Part shown: positions 1 to 8,534 of the stretch, one piece after another | How the letters are laid out: every line of letters starts with the position of its first letter | Numbering within the stretch: the first letter of the stretch is position 1 | Made by a program: the position numbers and the translations under genes | Origin: a virus | Taxonomy: Duplodnaviria; Caudoviricetes | Direction: 5' to 3' (one strand) | Length of the DNA: 64,000 bases | Virus record (IMG/VR): IMGVR_UViG_2602041664_000003 | Span: 7,315 to 71,314 of that record | The notes under the pieces: model-generated | What the model saw: only the letters and a program-made list of their open reading frames with translations | What the model was told of the DNA's origin: nothing | Databases searched by the model: none

Positions 1-76
1 AATTCTTTCATATCTTTTCATTTTCTTTGGTTAATAGGGTGGGGATGGTGAACAAACACCGACCCCACATTGTGGC

Positions 77-226
77 TTATTTCAAATTATTCACAACCAT
101 GTCAAAAACATCAAATGTAATGTGGCATGTTTCCTGTCGCTTCACTTGTTCGTGAAGTTCCTTTCCTATCGTTTCAGATAGCTTGCGCAAATTATCAAGA
201 CTATCCATAAGCGTTTTATTTTCCAT
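77..226 (-). CDS. small hypothetical early-region protein (49 aa, MENKTLMDSL...)
   Basis: Hand-translated ORF below the track cutoff; preceded by the array's AACCAA..GAATATG leader. Confidence 0.6.
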   Translation of the reverse strand: MENKTLMDSLDNLRKLSETIGKELHEQVKRQETCHITFDVFDMVVNNLK

Positions 227-306
227 ATTCTGTTAATATTTGGTTTATCGAACCCACACGGAGAATATTTCACCCCGTGTGGGCAAGCGGTTAATCTGCA
301 AAGCAT

Positions 307-507
307 TTAAGCCTTTACACGTCTTCTCAAAATCTCCAAATCTTTGCGCTTTGGATATTCTTCATTTTTCGTGACATCAATTAAAGGCATGTCGTCAATT
401 GTTTTCGTCCACTTTTTGCCCGTCTTCGGACTTTGGTATGTTACCTTATAATGTCCGTAACCCGCAAACAAAAATGTAAAATCTGATTTTTCAATTTTCG
501 TACTCAT
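307..507 (-). CDS. small hypothetical early-region protein (66 aa)
   Basis: ORF track; AACCAATAAATAGAGATTATG leader. Confidence 0.75.
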   Translation of the reverse strand: MSTKIEKSDFTFLFAGYGHYKVTYQSPKTGKKWTKTIDDMPLIDVTKNEEYPKRKDLEILRRRVKA

Positions 508-571
508 AATCTCTATTTATTGGTTATTATCGTACTCCCACATGAAATTAATCACATGGGAGATTTTCGGC

Positions 572-1012
572 TCAACTGTTTTCGTACTCAAAATCAGAAT
601 ACCAATTTGCGACTTCCTCCAGAGCAAACCACGCAAACGTATTGTATATCCAGTCCAAATCTGAATTGTACCGACCATACAACGCCCGCCCGACTTCATC
701 CTCAGAAAAGTCGCCATCTTTAATACCTCCAAAGTTCATTACCATTTGAAGCGTATTTTCACCAAGTGAAAACGCTAAATCATTCAAACGCTCGGTGATA
801 ATCGTACGGTTTCGTCTCCAGAACGCAACGGTTTCAGAATAGTAAATAAAACCACAGAAGCCGCCAGCCGCTCCACTGGAACAGGCTGCAACGTTTCTTA
901 GCAGATCTTGAAAATCGCTCCAATCTCTACCCGTTTGACGCTTTACTGCTTTGATTAACTTTCCGTCTGTATTTGTGAACTCAACGAAATCTTTCAATCT
1001 TAACTTTGCCAT
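572..1012 (-). CDS. conserved phage protein (GxxGGFxGFIYY / WFALEE family), candidate Ocr-like anti-defence
   Basis: GAAGGFCGFIYYSETVAF and NTFAWFALEEVA motifs recalled from a widespread phage family; acidic C-terminus. Confidence 0.6.
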   Translation of the reverse strand: MAKLRLKDFVEFTNTDGKLIKAVKRQTGRDWSDFQDLLRNVAACSSGAAGGFCGFIYYSETVAFWRRNRTIITERLNDLAFSLGENTLQMVMNFGGIKDGDFSEDEVGRALYGRYNSDLDWIYNTFAWFALEEVANWYSDFEYENS

Positions 1013-1084
1013 AATCTTAAAACTTTATTTAGTTAATAATAGAACCGTTCCGAATTATCGTACTCGAAGCGGTTAATTTTGGCT

Positions 1085-1237
1085 TCATGCAGTATAATCA
1101 TAGCCTACACCGCAATAATGATAATTACCATTGGGTAATTTTACCAATCCTCTATAAATCGTACAAAGCTTCACCTTTCGTGCCTCCATACTATTATAAA
1201 GGGCGTGAATCTGTTTTGCTGCATCAATTCGTTTCAT
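1085..1237 (-). CDS. small hypothetical early-region protein (50 aa, MKRIDAAKQI...)
   Basis: Hand-translated ORF with AACCAAAAATAAAAAGATTATG leader. Confidence 0.6.
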   Translation of the reverse strand: MKRIDAAKQIHALYNSMEARKVKLCTIYRGLVKLPNGNYHYCGVGYDYTA

Positions 1238-1299
1238 AATCTTTTTATTTTTGGTTTATAATGCCATCGCAGCACGCATTTATCGTACTGCAACGAATT

Positions 1300-1428
1300 T
1301 TAGGCAATGTGAACAACGCAAACATTATCACGCACGGAAATAATTTCAACGTGAAAATAAATCGCTTGCAATTCTGCTATCCTTTCATCCAATACACGGA
1401 GACAAGGAAATTTTATCGTCTTACTCAT
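1300..1428 (-). CDS. small hypothetical early-region protein (42 aa, MSKTIKFPCL...)
   Basis: Hand-translated ORF with AACCAATAAATTTTTTGAATTATG leader. Confidence 0.55.
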   Translation of the reverse strand: MSKTIKFPCLRVLDERIAELQAIYFHVEIISVRDNVCVVHIA

Positions 1429-1497
1429 AATTCAAAAAATTTATTGGTTTTCATTCGCACCGTCTGACATCATTACGATATCAGGCAGCATTTGGCA

Positions 1498-1695
1498 TCA
1501 AAGCATATTTTCAAGCCTTAATATTTCGTGGTAATAACAACGAATAAATCTGCTTCCGCTTTCAGTTCTGCAAAGCTTCTGAAGCATGCAGCAATATATC
1601 ACACATAACAGAACGCATAACAATGAACCACAGAAAAGCAGCATAACAGGCATAAACAATACACACGCAATCAAATGTAATTTAATTCGCTTCAT
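1498..1695 (-). CDS. small Cys-rich membrane protein
   Basis: Hydrophobic N-terminal stretch; array leader. Confidence 0.65.
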   Translation of the reverse strand: MKRIKLHLIACVLFMPVMLLFCGSLLCVLLCVIYCCMLQKLCRTESGSRFIRCYYHEILRLENML

Positions 1696-2315
1696 AATCT
1701 TAATATTTTATTGGTTATAAATGTAGATGGCACAAAAATAAATTCATGCCATCCGATTAGCCATGGTTTTTGCTTTCACTTCTGTTATTTTATTGTTTCG
1801 ATTTCGCTTCACGAAAAGCAAATACCATATTATTTAACGCATAATTACGGCGGTCTTTTCAGTGTGTCCGCATAACAACAACGGCAATTTTATTTTGCTA
1901 AAAAATAACACTATTTATTGCGCTTTCGTTATTCGTGTTTTAGGTAACCAACCAAAGCACACGGCAAAAAAGCTTATTTAAGAATATGATTTTTGTATCA
2001 TGCGTTATTTTTATTATTTGATCCCATATTTGATTAAATAAAAAATACATTCCATAAAATCACAAAATCAAATATGGATAACAAAAACAACAATTTCAAA
2101 GAATTTCACACCGTCCACCGTCTCCACGGTTTTACGGACGTGTCCACATCTTTTCAGATGTGCGTTAAATATGTGCGCTTTGCCCAATTCGCACGGACTG
2201 CAAAATCTGCAATTCTAAAAATATAAAGCGCAAAATTACCCACCCAAAATAAATTGGGTGGGTAAAATCATTTGCAACAACATTTAAAAGGGTTCGTTTG
2301 TATGTTCCTTTTTCA

Positions 2316-2807
2316 TTACAACCATAAATCATTTAAATACTCATCGTATAAACGGTGTAGGCTGTCTTTCTTCTGCTTGTCAGTCATTGACATATTAACG
2401 ATAAGTTGTAAACTTGTCTCCATGTCGTTTAACCGTTGCTTTGTGTCGCTTGACTCGCAGAATTGGTCAAATGTCAGACGCTTTGTCATCTTTTTTGCCA
2501 AAATACGCTTGGCGTCCTCTATTTTGATAACGGACTTAATAACGTTTAGAACGTTCGCTTTGTTAACCTTCCCATTCGGAGAACGGTAAAAAGATTTTTT
2601 ACCGACCTTAATAGTAAAGGTGTCGTTTTCAAATGTTTTAACATCCGTGAAAGAATAAGCGAAGTTGTCCGTATCTTTCATTATCTGATTAAGACCGCCA
2701 AAGCTTTTAATGTCTTTAAAGATTTCGCTAATAATAGCCTTTACTTCTTCATTACTTACTAACTGGATAGCCTTAACTTGTTTTGTTTCGTTTACTGAAT
2801 TTGTCAT
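2316..2807 (-). CDS. hypothetical protein (likely start MTNSVNETKQ at 2807)
   Basis: ORF track 2316..2987; the upstream extension overlaps hairpins and looks non-coding. Confidence 0.7.
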   Translation of the reverse strand: MTNSVNETKQVKAIQLVSNEEVKAIISEIFKDIKSFGGLNQIMKDTDNFAYSFTDVKTFENDTFTIKVGKKSFYRSPNGKVNKANVLNVIKSVIKIEDAKRILAKKMTKRLTFDQFCESSDTKQRLNDMETSLQLIVNMSMTDKQKKDSLHRLYDEYLNDLWL

Positions 2808-3017
2808 AATAAGTGCCCCTTTTCCACACGGAGAGCAAAGGGGCAAAAGCTTTAATATAAAATTACATGTATTATAAACTATCAACACGGAGCACACAGG
2901 AAGCATGCAGCATGTTATGTCAGATTTACAAAAACCCTTCTTGTTGTTGCAATAAGTCAAAGAGGATAAAGGGGCTTTTTTAAACATCCGTTTTACTTGT
3001 CCTTTCTTTATCTACTA

Positions 3018-3025
3018 CAAAGGTA
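3018..3025 (-). promoter_or_regulatory. Bacteroidota -7 promoter box TACCTTTG driving the leftward early region
   Basis: Matches TAnnTTTG consensus upstream of the leftward genes. Confidence 0.5.
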
Positions 3026-3614
3026 CTACAATTATTTGGATATAACGAACAAAATAAGACTTTAACACACTTGTAAAACGTTGTAAATCAATAAGTTACA
3101 AACTTTTTTCAGTGTAAGAATATGCAAAACAACGCATAAATTAACCATAATTTGCAGATAAACGCAAATTTATTGCAAAGAAACGTTAATAATTTAACAA
3201 TTATCGCTATCTTTGTAGACCGTATGAATATACGAGCAAGGCGCATGAATATACAAAGAGCAAATGAGACAGAAAAAAAAGAAGAAGAAGGGAAGCGAGA
3301 GGATGAGAAGGGAAGGAGTGACAAAAGTTAAAATTTTTAACACTTCGGGGAGGTCGAGGATAAGCAAAAAGCGTACCAATTTTGTTTGTTATATGTAGTA
3401 ACAAACACCCACCCACCCCTTTTAAACGCTTGTAAACAAGGCGTAGTAACCTCACTTAAAATTTTTTCTTTCCCAAAATTTTTTCTTTCTTAATTTTTGT
3501 TTCAAGTGTTTCTTGTTGTTAAAACCTCAAAATGATGAAAAGCGGTCAATTTTACGGAATGTATATTTATCCATCATTGCTAATTGTTAAATGATATTAA
3601 TTATTCCCTTATTA

Positions 3615-3657
3615 CTACATATATAGTGTAGTATATGTATATTTATTCTTATATTTG
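3615..3657 (+). promoter_or_regulatory. 17-bp CTACA-N7-TGTAG operator, TGTATATTTAT box and TATATTTG -7 box upstream of the helicase operon
   Basis: Operator 3615-3631, box 3636-3646, -7 box 3650-3657. Confidence 0.55.
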
Positions 3658-3840
3658 TACTATGTAACTTTGGTTGTTTTGATTTAAAGGGGGGCAAGTG
3701 GCAGAAATTCGCTTAAAAACGTGTCCTTGCGTCCTTGTAATCAACGGGTAATGGCAGTGTATGTAGGCTTAAAAAATCCTACACAAATATACACAAAAAC
3801 TCGAAAACGTACACAATGAGTGTATAAAAGGCTATATTTT

Positions 3841-5397
3841 ATGACAGACGGAGATAAATTAGACATCATTTACGCTTCATTATTGGAGCAATCGAGGAAT
3901 CCCAAATATGCGTTTGGTTCATTGCGTGTTAATTGGGGTTATACGAACAGTCCATCGTATAATGACAACAAATCACGTTTTGACCAATCGATGGAGATGT
4001 TTGCACGTGATTGTGGTTTACGTTATTATAATGGGAACTACTATTTCTATAATGGCAAGATATACGACATTGTATCAACAGAGGTTGTTGAAATGGCGTA
4101 TGAAACGTTGTTGCGTGATTTATGTTTAGCACCGATGATGCACAAACCGATTATCCGCCGTGAGGGTTTCATGCGTACGGTTGCGTTTCGCAATTCGTTT
4201 GTTCCCCGTTTGGATCTGATTGGTTTTGAAAATGGCGTATTGGATTTAAGCAATCCGAAGAATCCCTCGTTTGTTTCGTTTTCCCCTGAATTGCCGATTA
4301 CATATTATCGTCCGTATCGTTATGACGAGAATGCGAAATGCGACCGTTGGCAGTTCTTTCTGCGTGAGGTATTGCCTGATAAGACATCACGAACGATATT
4401 GCAGATGTTCTTGGGATTGGGCTTAACGCAACGCAATGTGGCGTTTTCCGAAAGCTGGCGTCATAATGCGGGGAAGGTTGAGTTGTGTCTATTGTTGATT
4501 GGTGGTGGTGCGAATGGCAAGAGTGTTATCTTTGATGTCATGCGTGCGTTATTTGGTGATGCGAAGATAAGCAAATTGGACTATTCAACATTGACTGCAG
4601 GTGGTGATGAGGGATTGCGTGGTCGTTTGCCGATTCGTGGAATGACATTCAATTGGTCAAGTGATAGCAATCCTCGTAAATTCGGTGGAAGCAAAAGCGA
4701 GCAGAATTTGTTTAAGCAGATTGTATCTGGTGAGCCTGTTCCCGTTCGTGGAATTGGTCGAAACATTGAAATGTGCGATGAGGTGCCGTATCTGATATTC
4801 AATATGAATGCACTTCCGAATATTGATGATGATTCAAATGGAATGGTAAGGCGGTTGCAGATTATCCCGTTTGACATAACGGTGCCGCTATCGAAACGCG
4901 ATCCGAATTTGTCGGCGAAAATCATTCAAAATGAATTGCCGGGAATATTCAATTGGGTGATGCGTGGAACGAAGGAGTTATTCCGTAGAAAGTTCCGTTT
5001 CCCCGATGCCGAGGGAAGCCGAATGGCAATGCTCAAAACCCTTATCACACGTTCCCCTATCATTGCGTGGGTCAAAACGTATAATATCCGTTGCGATAAG
5101 GAAGCACCGAATGAGGTTCCTGTTCACATATTGGGAAATGACCTTTATGCAGCGTTTGTTCGTTTCTGTAAGGATAATGATGTTGATGAAACGCTTATTC
5201 CGACATCAAATCGTTTTGGTCGTGATATGCGTGATAAGCTTAATTTCTTCAAGAAGCGCACGGGAAGCGGTGTTTATTATGAGGTGTATGGAATCACGCT
5301 TGACAGGTTGAAGCAGCCTGTATTTGTTACGGATATTCAGGAAATCGAGGGTGAAGCGGACGATGACAACGAATCATTCATTAAGGATAATGACTAA
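3841..5397 (+). CDS. D5-like / P4-family SF3 helicase (phage/plasmid primase C-terminal type)
   Basis: D5_N-like FENGVLDL; Walker A GGGANGKS; FKQIVSGE; RRLQIIPF. Confidence 0.85.
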   Translation: MTDGDKLDIIYASLLEQSRNPKYAFGSLRVNWGYTNSPSYNDNKSRFDQSMEMFARDCGLRYYNGNYYFYNGKIYDIVSTEVVEMAYETLLRDLCLAPMMHKPIIRREGFMRTVAFRNSFVPRLDLIGFENGVLDLSNPKNPSFVSFSPELPITYYRPYRYDENAKCDRWQFFLREVLPDKTSRTILQMFLGLGLTQRNVAFSESWRHNAGKVELCLLLIGGGANGKSVIFDVMRALFGDAKISKLDYSTLTAGGDEGLRGRLPIRGMTFNWSSDSNPRKFGGSKSEQNLFKQIVSGEPVPVRGIGRNIEMCDEVPYLIFNMNALPNIDDDSNGMVRRLQIIPFDITVPLSKRDPNLSAKIIQNELPGIFNWVMRGTKELFRRKFRFPDAEGSRMAMLKTLITRSPIIAWVKTYNIRCDKEAPNEVPVHILGNDLYAAFVRFCKDNDVDETLIPTSNRFGRDMRDKLNFFKKRTGSGVYYEVYGITLDRLKQPVFVTDIQEIEGEADDDNESFIKDND

Positions 5398-5992
5398 AAT
5401 GGGAAAGGATTGGACAGGAAACAAAGAGGGTCTTTTCAGCATGCTTGGTGCGAGCAATCATTGTGAACATGAAAGAGAACCCAATGAGTACTACGCCACC
5501 GAGCCAAAAGCAGTTGAGTTACTGATGGACTTGGAGGCGTTTGATAAGAATATCTTGGAGCCGTCATGTGGCGAGGGACATATATCGGATGTCTTGAAAT
5601 CGCACGGATATAATGTTGTCAGCCGTGATTTGATTGATCGTGGGTATGGCGATGTTGCTGATTTCCTTTCCGATGACAATACGGAGTGGAATGGCGACAT
5701 TATCACAAATCCTCCTTATAAATATGCACAAGAGTTCGTTGAGAAAGCGTTGCAGATAATACCAGAGGGGCATAAGGTTGCAATGTTCTTAAAGGTTCAA
5801 TTCTTGGAGGGCAAGCGCAGACGAAAGATGTTTGATATTACACCGCCGAAGCGTATATGGGTTAGTAGTTCACGTTTGAAATGCGCAATGAATGGCGAAT
5901 TTGATAAAACGGCAAGCAGTGCAGCATCTTATGCGTGGTTTATTTGGGAGAAGGGATTTCATGGCGATACAATCGTCAAATGGTTCAATTAA
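5390..5992 (+). CDS. DNA amino-methyltransferase (m6A/m4C type)
   Basis: SAM motif ILEPSCGEG and catalytic NPPY. Confidence 0.85.
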   Translation: MTKMGKDWTGNKEGLFSMLGASNHCEHEREPNEYYATEPKAVELLMDLEAFDKNILEPSCGEGHISDVLKSHGYNVVSRDLIDRGYGDVADFLSDDNTEWNGDIITNPPYKYAQEFVEKALQIIPEGHKVAMFLKVQFLEGKRRRKMFDITPPKRIWVSSSRLKCAMNGEFDKTASSAASYAWFIWEKGFHGDTIVKWFN

Positions 5993-5995
5993 ATA

Positions 5996-6235
5996 ATGGT
6001 TTTTCATATGATAAGTGAAACAGACTTGAAGATTGAAAAGATGTCGATGCTTAAACGCATTGGTGAAGCTGTCAAGGACTTTGTTAATAAAACGGGATAT
6101 GACAACGTGAGCATTGGTGCAACGTGTTGTAATGGTGAGTTTATGACAGATGATGGTAAAATGCACGAGGGACTTCATATTGAGTTCACGTGTGATTATT
6201 ATAACCCTGAATGGGATAACGAAGATGATGAATAG
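5996..6235 (+). CDS. hypothetical protein
   Basis: ORF in a tightly packed operon. Confidence 0.6.
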   Translation: MVFHMISETDLKIEKMSMLKRIGEAVKDFVNKTGYDNVSIGATCCNGEFMTDDGKMHEGLHIEFTCDYYNPEWDNEDDE

Positions 6236-6596
6236 GTTTTTCGAGGTCGTTGACCGAACATACGGCAAGCAGATGATTAATCTTGACAATGTTGAGATTC
6301 TGTCCGAAAAGTCATACGAGGTTGTTATGACAGGTGGAAAGCGTTTCAAGATTATCAAGGAAAGCTTTGATGGCTTGCTTAATGAACTTAAAAAGCCATA
6401 TTCCGATGCCATGGCTGAGAAAATGTGCCAATTGCAGAATGATTTGACTGTTGCAAAGCAGGCGATTGAGAACATCTATGTTGCCCTTCTCGATTCAACC
6501 ATTACGCCATCGACACTTGGAAAGGTTAATGACGATCATCTTGACGGAATGTTGTCAAGTTGTTATACAGAAATTAAGAAACTTCAAAACAGATAA
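6225..6596 (+). CDS. hypothetical protein, apparent paralog of 6932..7387
   Basis: Internal ATG of track ORF 6150..6596; shared CxLQxDxTxxKQ motif. Confidence 0.65.
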   Translation: MMNRFFEVVDRTYGKQMINLDNVEILSEKSYEVVMTGGKRFKIIKESFDGLLNELKKPYSDAMAEKMCQLQNDLTVAKQAIENIYVALLDSTITPSTLGKVNDDHLDGMLSSCYTEIKKLQNR

Positions 6597-6599
6597 CAA

Positions 6600-6932
6600 A
6601 TGATGGATTTTTTAGGCATTCTACGTAGTTTTAAGCAGTTTACCGATAAGATTGAGTGTGATATGCGTCATTTTACGGATAACGCACAGCTTCCCGATGA
6701 GATTGATATGTACAATTTCTTTGATCAGTGGGGTGGTCGTGCAGAGTGCATGATGTACGACTATTCAATGACGATTTGCAGTATCTTTGATTATGTCCGC
6801 TTTTATGATGATGCAATTAATATACGCTATCATATCGGCAAAGCGAAATACTATGCGCTACGATTTAACGGAAGGGGTGTGTTCCTTGTGAGTGAGAAAC
6901 GTTATAACGAACTTAAAGGAAAGAAAGGATAA
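6600..6932 (+). CDS. hypothetical protein
   Basis: ORF in operon. Confidence 0.6.
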   Translation: MMDFLGILRSFKQFTDKIECDMRHFTDNAQLPDEIDMYNFFDQWGGRAECMMYDYSMTICSIFDYVRFYDDAINIRYHIGKAKYYALRFNGRGVFLVSEKRYNELKGKKG

Positions 6933-7387
6933 TGATTATGGGAAAGTTTATTGAACTTAAAATTCTTACAACGTCAATGAGGACGACTGAGACAAGTCCA
7001 ATGATGTTGGATATTTCGCAGGTGTCTGCGGTTTTGTGCAATCACGGGATGTATCGTGTTTATATCGGGTCCACCCGTTTTGATTTGACGGAGGATAGCT
7101 ATAACAAGCTATGCTCTGCTCTTAAGGACTATAAAGAGCCTTCTGAATCTATCCTCTGTAATTTGCAACATGACCATACATGGATCAAGCAGGGACTGTA
7201 TAACCTTATAAAGATGGTGGAGGAGGGTAGTCTAAGTTATCGTCCCGCTATTCTGCTTTCATGCCACGATAAGGATTTGGAAGCGGGTTGGGGTGTCCTC
7301 CATCGGCGCATTTGCGGCATGCGTGGTCGCATTATTGATTTGGAAAAAGAAGTGAAACGTATGACAGAACCAAAGAAAGGGAAATAA
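6932..7387 (+). CDS. hypothetical protein, apparent paralog of 6225..6596
   Basis: ORF in operon; shared motif. Confidence 0.65.
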   Translation: MIMGKFIELKILTTSMRTTETSPMMLDISQVSAVLCNHGMYRVYIGSTRFDLTEDSYNKLCSALKDYKEPSESILCNLQHDHTWIKQGLYNLIKMVEEGSLSYRPAILLSCHDKDLEAGWGVLHRRICGMRGRIIDLEKEVKRMTEPKKGK

Positions 7388-7388
7388 A

Positions 7389-7808
7389 ATGGATTCAATA
7401 AGAGAATATGCGGAAGCCCACGGATTATGGCAAGATAAGTATAGATGTACTGGCAGAACAACTCGCCGTTGCGATGACTTAATGCAAAAATTATTTCAGA
7501 ATGTCGGAGAAGAGATTCAAATATGTGACCATTATAGAACTCGCTCGGCAGACGAGATGCTGGCCCATAAGATTATAAGACGATTAGAATTAGAACATCC
7601 TCATGTTAAACCGAATGTTCGTATTAGTGGTCGTCGTGTTTTTATGAGTATAACAGACGATAAAAGGCAAGCTATGTACATAGTTCAACGGCAAGATTTG
7701 TTCAATTTCCGTGATGTCTTTGCATCAAGCCACCCACAAGTAGCCTTTGAGTATATGGAGGGGTTGGAGAAGTGTCATGGAAGGGTGTTTAGAATCATAA
7801 AACAATAA
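7389..7808 (+). CDS. hypothetical protein
   Basis: ORF in operon. Confidence 0.65.
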   Translation: MDSIREYAEAHGLWQDKYRCTGRTTRRCDDLMQKLFQNVGEEIQICDHYRTRSADEMLAHKIIRRLELEHPHVKPNVRISGRRVFMSITDDKRQAMYIVQRQDLFNFRDVFASSHPQVAFEYMEGLEKCHGRVFRIIKQ

Positions 7809-7814
7809 CATTGT

Positions 7815-8087
7815 ATGAAAGCAAGGAAAATAAAAAGGCTTAGGGGGAAAATTGCGAAGAATGGCTATTTCCTTTCAAGATATAAAGATTTGGCAGAACA
7901 AGTTGAACGTTGGAAACGTTTTTACGACTTTAAGTGCAACAGATTCTTTGTCGGTAGTGAGTTGGAAGAATATAACACACAGATATACGAGGCGAATGCA
8001 CCAAGAGTTAAACGAAAAGCAGCTTGGTATAAAAAACGTTTGGATTTAATGAAATCTGACCTATATAGGCGTGCCCCAATCGTCTAA
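7815..8087 (+). CDS. basic hypothetical protein
   Basis: ORF in operon; MKARKIKRLR start. Confidence 0.6.
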   Translation: MKARKIKRLRGKIAKNGYFLSRYKDLAEQVERWKRFYDFKCNRFFVGSELEEYNTQIYEANAPRVKRKAAWYKKRLDLMKSDLYRRAPIV

Positions 8088-8125
8088 TGATGGTTACAAA
8101 GGTAATGTTTTATTAAACAATAAAT

Positions 8126-8509
8126 ATGCTTCAAGAGTTCAAGAACGACATATACTCTCGCAAATTGTGGATAGCAACAAGTTGGGAAGATGTTAAAGAC
8201 AAATTTACAACTTATGGAGGCTATGATTTTAAGAAATCAGAAGACGCATACGCTACTACCTATCCACAGATGATTCGCAAGAAGACTGGAAAATATGGAG
8301 TACTGATAGTCTTTTATGACTGCGCTAAACTCTGTGGAAGCAGGATTGTTGAGAATATCGCCCACGAAAGTCTACATGCAGCAAACGCAATTTTTAACGA
8401 GTTAGGAATTGAATATAGTCTAACACACGATGAGCATGCCGCATATATGGTTGGGTGGGTTGCTAATTGTTGTTGGAAAGTTTTACAGAAAGAGATTTAC
8501 AAGGATTAA
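8126..8509 (+). CDS. HExxH metallopeptidase-like phage protein
   Basis: AHESLHA motif plus a downstream DEHAAY. Confidence 0.6.
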   Translation: MLQEFKNDIYSRKLWIATSWEDVKDKFTTYGGYDFKKSEDAYATTYPQMIRKKTGKYGVLIVFYDCAKLCGSRIVENIAHESLHAANAIFNELGIEYSLTHDEHAAYMVGWVANCCWKVLQKEIYKD

Positions 8510-8534
8510 ATTTAACAATTAAAACAATAGTTTT

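Noticed and set aside
12-1765. CRISPR array or true integron
   Set aside because: Spacers are not identical repeats, and there are no attC GTTRRRY boxes or integrase gene
3109-3455. Short ORFs in the control region
   Set aside because: Low-complexity translations of purine/pyrimidine tracts without credible starts
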